Source of the DNA: a virus
DNA: 64,000 nucleotides
Strand: one strand, 5' to 3'
Virus record (IMG/VR): IMGVR_UViG_3300027911_000001
Coordinates: 1 to 64,000 of that record
The notes beneath the pieces were generated by a model. That model had not been told where the DNA came from. It did no database searches and was given only the letters and a program-made list of their open reading frames with translations. The translations under genes were made by a program, and so were the position numbers. Positions 57,033 to 64,000 of the stretch are shown here, in pieces. The stretch's first letter is position 1, and every line of letters begins with the position of its first letter.

Positions 57033-57415
57033 ATGGAATTTTATTGGGTTTGTGCATGTTATTAGCTTCGGCTGCTTTCGTGGCTTCTCTAATTTTTGGA
57101 ATAGAGTACTATTGTCATGTTACCTTTACTAAAAAATATGCTATTAAAAATCAATGCACCGTGAAAAACGCTTCTATGGATGATTTGGAATTCGAGCTTG
57201 GCAGAAATAAGCTTGCAAAGCTTTCGAATGATTTATTTGTTGCAGAAAAAAGTAATGTTTTAAAAATCCAATTAGACAATTGGACGGTGCGATTCCACAG
57301 CCAAATGTTACTTTTTGGTCCAATCGATTATATCCGTTATAGAATTTTACTAAAGAGCGATAGAATGCAAAATATAGAAGTTCCAGATTATTGGAAGAAA
57401 TTTATGGAGAGATAG
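57029..57415 (+). CDS. N-terminal TM protein
   Basis: 128-aa ORF. Confidence 0.7.
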   Translation: MNGILLGLCMLLASAAFVASLIFGIEYYCHVTFTKKYAIKNQCTVKNASMDDLEFELGRNKLAKLSNDLFVAEKSNVLKIQLDNWTVRFHSQMLLFGPIDYIRYRILLKSDRMQNIEVPDYWKKFMER

Positions 57416-57416
57416 T

Positions 57417-57710
57417 ATGTCCATTGAAAATACAAGTAAAAGAGTACAAGAATTATTCGATAATATATCGAAGGCCCAAGATGAACTAGCTCAAATTAGG
57501 TCTGCTTGTGCTCATCCCACCTATTACATCGGAAGATGGTCTTGGAGAGTAGGGGCCTTCGAGCTTGCTCGTATTTGCAGTATCTGTTGTGCAAGTATCC
57601 CAGGTATTACCGATGAAGAGCGTAATCAATTTCCAGACGAGTTTGCGCAATCCACCACTGGCATTTATATGACATTAACAGGTTGCGATAATTCTAATAA
57701 AGGAGAATAA
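57417..57710 (+). CDS. hypothetical protein
   Basis: 97-aa ORF. Confidence 0.65.
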   Translation: MSIENTSKRVQELFDNISKAQDELAQIRSACAHPTYYIGRWSWRVGAFELARICSICCASIPGITDEERNQFPDEFAQSTTGIYMTLTGCDNSNKGE

Positions 57711-57711
57711 T

Positions 57712-58032
57712 ATGACCGACATAAAGAAAGAATTAGAGAGCGCTGGCCTGTCCGAGGGACAAGTAGAAGCTTTGGTGGCTCAAAGCCTCAATAACTTCGG
57801 GGCAGATCCGGCTCTCCTTGGCTTTGTCCATGCTGAAAACTATGACAATGACCACAAAGATTTGGCCGAAGATAACCAAAAACTTAGAGATAGAATTTTT
57901 CTATTAGAATCAGCTGCGCGAAATCTACGTACAGCACAAAAGCTTTATATGGCCAATCGTGGAAATCAAGAATATGGTAAAGCCGTGGCTGTGGCGGCTA
58001 AGCAATTAGACAAAGTACTTGGTGATGTTTAA
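57712..58032 (+). CDS. hypothetical protein
   Basis: 106-aa ORF. Confidence 0.65.
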   Translation: MTDIKKELESAGLSEGQVEALVAQSLNNFGADPALLGFVHAENYDNDHKDLAEDNQKLRDRIFLLESAARNLRTAQKLYMANRGNQEYGKAVAVAAKQLDKVLGDV

Positions 58033-58582
58033 GCCTTCTAAAAATCCCAAAGTAGAGGAACTTACTAAGTCTATTAGGAGTAGATCCTATAATCTTTCTT
58101 GTTTGCAACCAATTATATTGGAAGAACTTAATAAAAAGGGTCAAACAAAGAAGCTGTGCGCTTGGTGCGCTGAAGGCGAATTCTATAATGGGAATCAGAA
58201 ATACTGCAGTAACGAATGCTCCGACTCTGCTATGGCGTGGGCATATCCCCAAAAAGAGAACGCTCTAAGATTTTTACTCATTAGACAAGAATGGAAATGC
58301 GCCGGATGTCAATTTGATTATCTACCGATCATGAAGACAATCCTGCAAAGGGAGAAAAAAGACTATCCAAGCACTCCCGATATCGATCCGGGCAAATTGC
58401 CTTGGTATTATTTTAAAAGGCTAAAAGGTAGATGTCCCGATGATAGACGCATAGAGATTGACCACGTTATAGCTATTAGGCATGGCGGAGATTCTTTAGG
58501 TATTTCAAATCATCGAGCGCTTTGCTATACATGCCACAAAGCAAAGACTAAGATTGATAATTCAGTTAAAAGAAATAAATAA
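58019..58582 (+). CDS. HNH endonuclease
   Basis: IEIDHVIAIRHGGDSLGISNHRALCYTCHKAKT, plus upstream Cys pairs. Confidence 0.8.
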   Translation: MVMFKPSKNPKVEELTKSIRSRSYNLSCLQPIILEELNKKGQTKKLCAWCAEGEFYNGNQKYCSNECSDSAMAWAYPQKENALRFLLIRQEWKCAGCQFDYLPIMKTILQREKKDYPSTPDIDPGKLPWYYFKRLKGRCPDDRRIEIDHVIAIRHGGDSLGISNHRALCYTCHKAKTKIDNSVKRNK

Positions 58583-58583
58583 T

Positions 58584-58757
58584 ATGTCTAAAGTAGATAC
58601 CCTAAAGACTGCCAAGATTTCTGTTTCTGCGGAAGACATGGCAAGTGACGGCCATCATGATCGCCATGTAAAGAAAGCTCGTCGTAAAGAACGCCAAAAA
58701 GGCAAGAAAGTCATTAAAGAAGAACTAAAGAATATGGCTAAGAAGTCTGAAGATTGA
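58584..58757 (+). CDS. small basic protein
   Basis: Start moved to ATG 58584 (MSKVDTLK...). Confidence 0.55.
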   Translation: MSKVDTLKTAKISVSAEDMASDGHHDRHVKKARRKERQKGKKVIKEELKNMAKKSED

Positions 58758-59037
58758 TTTTTATATACCCTTCTAAATTCAATTTCCCATAACGCCTTCG
58801 CATTCTTCTTTCTCTACGTTTATCAGGTCTGGGCCTTTTATCGGAATTTAGACATTTTTCTGAACACCAAATATCACCATAACCCCAAGGAATACTGTGG
58901 TGGCCAATAGCCTTAGAATACCTAACGCGCTTATCGCAGGCTAGACAACGAGTAAAGGAAACCGCAGCATAACAAGATTCGTACATTTCATCGGTTGGAG
59001 GGAACCATTCGGATAGTTTAACTGGATATATGCTCAT
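58738..59037 (-). CDS. Cys-rich basic-tailed protein (isolated minus-strand gene)
   Basis: Start moved to ATG 59037 after AGGAGA. Convergent 20-nt overlap with 58584..58757. Confidence 0.6.
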   Translation of the reverse strand: MSIYPVKLSEWFPPTDEMYESCYAAVSFTRCLACDKRVRYSKAIGHHSIPWGYGDIWCSEKCLNSDKRPRPDKRRERRMRRRYGKLNLEGYIKINLQTS

Positions 59038-59163
59038 AAGATCTCCTAAAGATAGGGTATAATGCCTAATCTGGGATGTCAACGAAATTAAATGTCTTTG
59101 TAACCTATTGTTTATGTTAATATATCCGGTCTTCAAAACTAAAGTCTCAATCTTTACTTAAGC

Positions 59164-59892
59164 ATGAGTAATCCTATATATCCCTTTACAGTCCTGCGCT
59201 ATACCCTCAACCCTTCTATTTGGCAGGTTGGTCAGGCCGTTTCAGTAGGTCCTAGTCCTGGGGCCGCCCAGGCGACTTACGCCATTACTTCTGGTACCTT
59301 GCCGGCAGGGCTCAGTTTAAGTAGTTCGACGGGCATTATAAGCGGTACGCCAACTACTGTCACGCCAGCTTCTACCATTCTCATCACAGCTACCTTAACA
59401 GATGCCTCGACCAAACAATGCTCCGTTATTATCACTATTTCTGATATCCCAGTCATAGCACCTGCCGCCAATCAAACTAGTGCTACCGATCTAACGGCCC
59501 TTATGAATCAAGCGGCCATCAATTTTATTACCGATGCTACGGCTATGATCGTCAATAACAATCAACTTGGCTTATTTCAGGCATTCTTTGATCTATTAGA
59601 TTACGCTCCTATAAATGCCCTTAGGACTTACTTCCAAAATCTCGGATATACTTTCAATATAGTAACTCAAGAGAACTGGCAATATCAGTATAATTCACCT
59701 TATTTGGGCGAGTTTTATTATATTGGCTATCCTTATTATCAAAACGGTCCACTTAATCCATTTGGCCCCGTACCTGCCCTCAACTATCCCTATTCTGGCC
59801 CCCAACAGACCCCTGTAAGGCCCAGAGTCCTCATCACATGGCAATCCACCCCGGTTTGCCCTCAATGGCCATATTATCCATTTGGCACTTAA
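59164..59892 (+). CDS. putative-Ig (He_PIG-like) domain protein with Tyr/Pro/Asn/Gln-rich C-terminus
   Basis: YAITSGTLPAGLSLSSSTGIISGTPT is the classic putative-Ig motif. No SD is visible upstream. Confidence 0.6.
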   Translation: MSNPIYPFTVLRYTLNPSIWQVGQAVSVGPSPGAAQATYAITSGTLPAGLSLSSSTGIISGTPTTVTPASTILITATLTDASTKQCSVIITISDIPVIAPAANQTSATDLTALMNQAAINFITDATAMIVNNNQLGLFQAFFDLLDYAPINALRTYFQNLGYTFNIVTQENWQYQYNSPYLGEFYYIGYPYYQNGPLNPFGPVPALNYPYSGPQQTPVRPRVLITWQSTPVCPQWPYYPFGT

Positions 59893-59904
59893 TTAAAAAA
59901 TAGG

Positions 59905-59933
59905 TTGACATCTTAGAACAGCTCTGCTATTCT
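59905..59933 (+). promoter_or_regulatory. sigma70-type promoter (TTGACA-17-TATTCT)
   Basis: Precedes 59951, with AGGAGA SD between. Confidence 0.6.
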
Positions 59934-59950
59934 CTTTGTAGGAGAAAGCA

Positions 59951-60934
59951 ATGAACTCTAAGGTCATCAAGTCAATTCTCAATAAGAAGCTAAATCAATG
60001 GGTTGAGTCTATAAAAGACGACAAAGTCAAACAACTTGTTAAAAAGAACACAATTGTAACCGGCGGATCCATCGCCTCCATGCTTTTGGGCGAAGAATAC
60101 AAAGATATCGATGTTTATTTTAAAGATAAGCAGACGACTTATTTGGTGGCCCAATATTACGCTCAAGAATTCAATAAAGCTCATCCGGATAAAGTAAAAG
60201 CCTTCGTTGTCGATGGAGAAGTTGATTTTAGTAATGGAACATTGATCAACCCAACTCTGATGCGCGAGTTCAGTCACAATGCTGGCGTACTTAGGAATGT
60301 TACCCCAGATAGGGTAAAGATCCTAATTAATTCTGTAGGCGTAGTAGCTGAAAATGAAGATGTATTAAAAGCTCCCTTCGAGGATGCCGTTCAAGCTATT
60401 ACTGATGCAGACCATATTGATGAAAATGCCTTAGAAGGTGTGGGAGATAAAAAAGATCCCTATCGAGCTGTATTTTTAAGTAGCAACGCTATTACGCTGG
60501 CAGACAAAATTCAACTAATTGTCAGATTCTATGGTGATCCTGAAAAGGTTCACGAATCTTTTGATTTCGTCCATTGCACCAATTATTACGATTACGGTAC
60601 TAAGGAATTGGTCTTAAAAAAAGAAGCCCTCGAATGTTTGATGGCTAAAGAACTTCGGTATATGGGTTCAAAATATCCCGTTTGCTCTATTATAAGGACC
60701 AGAAAATTTATTAAGCGCGGTTTTAATATTAATGCAGGTCAATATCTGAAGATGATGTTCCAGATATCTCAATTGGATCTAACCAATCTAGATGTTTTGG
60801 ATGAGCAACTTGTTGGTGTAGACAGCGCATACTTTAGTCACCTAATTAATGCATTGAGAACAAAACAAGAGTCCGATCCGACCTTTACAGTAGACAGCAC
60901 TTATCTTGGTACACTAATCGATAGAATTTTTTAA
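59951..60934 (+). CDS. pol-beta-superfamily nucleotidyltransferase-like protein (CCA-adding/poly(A)-polymerase-like head)
   Basis: IVTGGSIASMLLGEEYKDIDVYF fits hG[GS]-x9-13-DhD. The later FLSSNAITLAD resembles the RRDxTxNA block. Confidence 0.4.
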   Translation: MNSKVIKSILNKKLNQWVESIKDDKVKQLVKKNTIVTGGSIASMLLGEEYKDIDVYFKDKQTTYLVAQYYAQEFNKAHPDKVKAFVVDGEVDFSNGTLINPTLMREFSHNAGVLRNVTPDRVKILINSVGVVAENEDVLKAPFEDAVQAITDADHIDENALEGVGDKKDPYRAVFLSSNAITLADKIQLIVRFYGDPEKVHESFDFVHCTNYYDYGTKELVLKKEALECLMAKELRYMGSKYPVCSIIRTRKFIKRGFNINAGQYLKMMFQISQLDLTNLDVLDEQLVGVDSAYFSHLINALRTKQESDPTFTVDSTYLGTLIDRIF

Positions 60935-60944
60935 GGAGCAACCC

Positions 60945-61925
60945 ATGTCCGACGAAAGTGATTTTGAAGAATTTGTAAGATTGACCGATAGGTTTGAAAA
61001 GCCGTCTAGAGTTGGAAGATCCGTATTTCCTACTAGTGCTGAAGAGCCCATCGAATCCAAGGACAGGATAGTTTCTCCTGGTCAGCCCACTCAATATGCC
61101 TTATTTGATGATGGGTATAAGCCCACTACCTCGACCGTTAGATTTCTTCCTTCTGGATCTTATGTCGTTAACGTAAGCCAACACGGACCCTATGTTTCCC
61201 CAATGCCCGAGCCATCAGGCCTTCTTTTGGAATTGCCCGAGATGCGTTCCGATGACATCATTAAGTTGGTTCAAAATTTCTGGGATTCGGAAAAAGACTA
61301 TAAAGAAGGAAACGAATTTGTAATCGGAGGCGCCATATTTAAGCAGGGACTCTTAATTTATGGCCCTCCAGGGTCAGGAAAATCTTGTACTCTAAAGATC
61401 TTGTCTAAAAAACTTATCGAACGTGAAGGACTTGTATTTTATTCTTCCGTGCATCCTATGCATTTGGGAAATTTTTTATCTGATTTCTCTAAAATTGAAA
61501 CACAAAGAAAGATCATTGTAATTTTAGAAGATATCGATAGTCAAATCGAACAATTTGGAGAGTCTAATTTTCTAGAAGTTTTAGATAGCGCCAAAACTAT
61601 TGATAATGTTTTATTCGTAGCTACAACCAACTATCCGGAGAGACTGGATCCAAGAATTTATAACAGACCTGGGCGCTTCGCAAATGTAGTTAAGGTTGGA
61701 TATCCTACTATAAAAGCAAGAGAGGCTTACTTAAAGGCTATTCTAAAAAATCATAAGGATATCCCATATATCGTAGAGCATTCAGATGGCTTTACGGTGG
61801 ACCACCTAAGCTCTTTGGTAAATTCAGTTTATCGAGAGAAGAAAGAACTCAAATCAGAGATTGAGCGTCTTAGGACTCTTTTTAAGGTTCCGAAGGCCAA
61901 CGAATCGTTAAAGATTGGATTTTAA
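60945..61925 (+). CDS. classical AAA+ ATPase
   Basis: Walker A is GPPGSGKS and Walker B is IIVILEDID. The second region of homology is ATTNYPERLDPRIYNRPGRF. Confidence 0.85.
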   Translation: MSDESDFEEFVRLTDRFEKPSRVGRSVFPTSAEEPIESKDRIVSPGQPTQYALFDDGYKPTTSTVRFLPSGSYVVNVSQHGPYVSPMPEPSGLLLELPEMRSDDIIKLVQNFWDSEKDYKEGNEFVIGGAIFKQGLLIYGPPGSGKSCTLKILSKKLIEREGLVFYSSVHPMHLGNFLSDFSKIETQRKIIVILEDIDSQIEQFGESNFLEVLDSAKTIDNVLFVATTNYPERLDPRIYNRPGRFANVVKVGYPTIKAREAYLKAILKNHKDIPYIVEHSDGFTVDHLSSLVNSVYREKKELKSEIERLRTLFKVPKANESLKIGF

Positions 61926-61934
61926 GGAGAAAAA

Positions 61935-62111
61935 ATGGCACTAAAGTTACTAAAAATTAATATCGCTTCAATAGAAATCAAAGCAAACCCCAAAGATCCA
62001 GAGGATATCAAAGAAAAGGTATATGAATATCTTATGTTTGAGATCGAAAATGAAGATCTGGTCTATGAAGTAGATGAGGAAGAGTCAGAAGACTACGAGA
62101 TGGAGGATTAG
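61935..62111 (+). CDS. small acidic protein (58 aa)
   Basis: Manual translation gives MALKLLKINIASIEIKANPKDPEDIKEKVYEY.... AAGGAGA upstream. Confidence 0.5.
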   Translation: MALKLLKINIASIEIKANPKDPEDIKEKVYEYLMFEIENEDLVYEVDEEESEDYEMED

Positions 62112-62309
62112 ATGAAGACCAAGTATGAAACGGCTTGGACATGGATTTGTCCTGACATTGGAATGGGCAAGTTCGCAGTAGCAACCAAGGAGATTCTTTT
62201 AGAAGAAGGCAAAATGACACCTGAATCAAAGCCATTAAGAGTAGTTTTGGTTCCTTATGCTGAAGTAAATAAACGTGCTTGGAAAAACCTTAGAGGTAAA
62301 AACAAATGA
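62112..62309 (+). CDS. small hypothetical protein
   Basis: 65-aa ORF. Confidence 0.6.
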   Translation: MKTKYETAWTWICPDIGMGKFAVATKEILLEEGKMTPESKPLRVVLVPYAEVNKRAWKNLRGKNK

Positions 62310-62782
62310 AAGTTAAATTTAAAAAGCTACATGAGGATGCCGTTTTGCCCCAATATGCTAAGCCCGGCGATGCCGGAATGGATTTAACCGCCACATCTAA
62401 TGGCGCCTTTATCGAATCTCCAAAGGGAGACCCGATTTGGTACTACATAGAGTTTAAGACTGGCTTGGCTGCAGAAATTCCAGAGGGCCATGTAGGTTTG
62501 TTATTCCCAAGGTCTTCTATTAGTAAATCTGCTCTTATGCTCAGCAACGCGGTTGGAGTTTTGGACAGCTCGTACCGTGGCGAAATATGTTTCAGATTCA
62601 AGGTAGATTCAGGAATCGTTATGAGCACTAACAATACCTTTGATAATCCGGCTAAATATGCAAAGGGCGATCGCATTGGACAGTTATTGATCCTTCCTTA
62701 TCCTGCCATTGAGCCAGAATTTGCAGATGAACTTTCTACTACCGAAAGAGGGTCCGGTGGATGGGGAAGCAGCGGACAATGA
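62306..62782 (+). CDS. dut: dUTP diphosphatase (trimeric dUTPase)
   Basis: The five dUTPase motifs are present: GDAGMDL, PRSSI, GVLDSSYRGE, RIGQLL and RGSGGWGSSG. Confidence 0.9.
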   Translation: MKVKFKKLHEDAVLPQYAKPGDAGMDLTATSNGAFIESPKGDPIWYYIEFKTGLAAEIPEGHVGLLFPRSSISKSALMLSNAVGVLDSSYRGEICFRFKVDSGIVMSTNNTFDNPAKYAKGDRIGQLLILPYPAIEPEFADELSTTERGSGGWGSSGQ

Positions 62783-63018
62783 AAAACTCTGAAATTCTAG
62801 ATCTTATTCTTAAAATAAATAATCTTGACTACGAAGTTAAATTTTCTCCCGACTTTCATGATATGGTTAGAATTGGGTTTTTTAGCGAATATGATGAAAA
62901 ATTTTACGAGCACGACCACGTTGGTTGTCCTGGATTTCCTAGAAAACTAGAGCGTGGAGTAATAAAATCATTAAAACAGTTTATAGAAAAACACAAAACA
63001 GAAAGTGAGTCAAAATGA
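62779..63018 (+). CDS. small hypothetical protein
   Basis: Start moved to ATG 62779 (ATGA-coupled). Confidence 0.6.
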   Translation: MKNSEILDLILKINNLDYEVKFSPDFHDMVRIGFFSEYDEKFYEHDHVGCPGFPRKLERGVIKSLKQFIEKHKTESESK

Positions 63019-63233
63019 TGTTCGATATTGATTATATGGCAGATGGAACTCCCTTCCTTAAGAAGGTAGATAGACGTAGAAATAGAGACGTAGATGGTAG
63101 GACTTTATGGGTAGAAGTAGGTAAAGCTCATGAGAAAGGCATAAGCAATATTATTGAGCAGAATAAGGCCCAAGGGTATTTGGTTTTGATGGACGAGGAT
63201 GGCGTTTACAGGGCTCTTATTAATACAGATTGA
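63015..63233 (+). CDS. small hypothetical protein
   Basis: 72-aa ORF. Confidence 0.6.
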   Translation: MMFDIDYMADGTPFLKKVDRRRNRDVDGRTLWVEVGKAHEKGISNIIEQNKAQGYLVLMDEDGVYRALINTD

Positions 63234-63242
63234 GAAGTTAAA

Positions 63243-63419
63243 GTGCCAAAATTAACACAAGAACAATTTGAGTTTATGATGTACCTACTAGAAATAGGCG
63301 ATCCAGTAGAAGCCTTGGATAGATTTGTAGAGATAATGCATGAAGAGAAATTAGACGTAAAATATCTTTATAGGGCCATTGAGATTACCATGAGAAAGTT
63401 CGAAAAACGGAGGACTTAG
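63243..63419 (+). CDS. small hypothetical protein (GTG start, 58 aa)
   Basis: Manual translation gives VPKLTQEQFEFMMYLLEIGDPVEALDRF.... Start uncertain, with an alternative ATG at 63276. Confidence 0.4.
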   Translation: MPKLTQEQFEFMMYLLEIGDPVEALDRFVEIMHEEKLDVKYLYRAIEITMRKFEKRRT

Positions 63420-64000
63420 ATGTTGGTGGTAAGTAAGTTCCACGATTACTACGATGTAGGAATGAAGCTGGGAATAGATAAGACTGTCGTTTATGAAAGG
63501 AACACTACCTTTCTTAAGGGTAAGAAATTTCCCAACACGCCAAATCTCTCTACAAGCGAATGGAGATGTTTTGTATTGGCTTTTTGTGGTAAGTTCTATC
63601 CTTTTGTTTGTCGATTTGCTAGATTCGAGATAAAAGATATCGTTTGGGATGTAGAAGAGGCTGTAAACGTGTTACCTAAAACAAATCGCACGAAATACTA
63701 CTCTTGGGACGAATATAAGCTGGACACCGAAAAAGGAATAAGGGAGTTTTTTGATAAAAAATATCCACATTTAGAAAAGTTTTACCATGAACATAGAACT
63801 CCTGTTTTTGGATTCATCCCAGAAAGAGCCTATCATTGGAGATCTAAGAACGACGAATATAGCACTTTAGTTCTTAATCCTAATCTGAAAGATCTAGAAT
63901 TCTATAAGGTAAAGGATCCAATTACCGCCTTTCAAGACATCGCAATGTATATGGGAGGAGTTATCGGAGCACCTCCGCCACCAAAGGAAAAGATCGATGA
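63420..64000 (+). CDS. hypothetical protein, 3'-truncated by window end
   Basis: Open frame from ATG 63420 (MLVVSKFHDYYDVGMKLG...) to the last base of the window. Confidence 0.7.
   Translation, partial: MLVVSKFHDYYDVGMKLGIDKTVVYERNTTFLKGKKFPNTPNLSTSEWRCFVLAFCGKFYPFVCRFARFEIKDIVWDVEEAVNVLPKTNRTKYYSWDEYKLDTEKGIREFFDKKYPHLEKFYHEHRTPVFGFIPERAYHWRSKNDEYSTLVLNPNLKDLEFYKVKDPITAFQDIAMYMGGVIGAPPPPKEKID

Noticed and set aside
60945-61925. AAA+ ATPase as the missing sigma54 enhancer-binding activator
   Set aside because: It has the classical-clade second region of homology (ATTNYPERLDPRIYNRPGRF). It has no GAFTGA loop or C-terminal HTH, so it is not NtrC-like.

Overview
The whole 64-kb window reads as AT-rich (about 40% GC by eye, not computed) tailed-phage or prophage-type DNA with no cellular housekeeping genes. 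It holds about 140 tightly packed ORFs, often coupled by ATGA or TAATG overlaps, in alternating strand blocks.

Layout:
- 0.4-9.8 kb (-): virion/ejection-type operon. It includes a minimal GGDEF/mCpol-like palm domain protein and a 2H-phosphoesterase-SLT fusion.
- 9.8-12.1 kb: dNMP-kinase-like and metallophosphoesterase genes.
- 12.2-21.6 kb (+): late operons (scaffold-like gene, major capsid candidate, 1679-aa tail fibre).
- 21.6-22.6 kb (-): membrane-protein, lysis-like cassette.
- 23-41.4 kb (mostly -): accessory region of small ORFs. It includes a tyrosine recombinase, GIY-YIG nucleases, a DUF2829/Tad2-like mini-protein, a collagen-like lipoprotein, an orphan REC domain and many zinc-ribbon mini-proteins.
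- 41.4-42.6 kb: ORF-free, repeat-rich tract.
- 42.6-44.8 kb (+): orphan cassette that appears leaderless.
- 45.1-48.1 kb (-): block with a triplicated paralog family.
- 48.2-64 kb (+): block with a SpoT-type HD hydrolase, DUF1643, SLOG/DUF2493, a dual-specificity phosphatase, HNH, a pol-beta-type NTase-like protein, an AAA+ ATPase and a dUTPase.

No rRNA, canonical tRNA, CRISPR array or IS element was found.

Most notable signals:
1. Five near-consensus sigma54 (-24/-12) promoter copies in front of leftward operons, with GACAA-N3-TTGTC palindromes and a phage-encoded REC-only protein nearby.
2. A cyclase-like and a phosphodiesterase-like module embedded in virion-type proteins.
3. Three GC-rich, ORF-poor islands whose ends base-pair. 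Two sit exactly at the +1 of consensus sigma70 promoters, and one carries a perfect tRNA T-arm.
4. A T(G/A)TGATATA-N8-ATG motif before four SD-less genes, suggesting leaderless mRNAs.

All functional calls rest on motifs read by eye. No database search was run.
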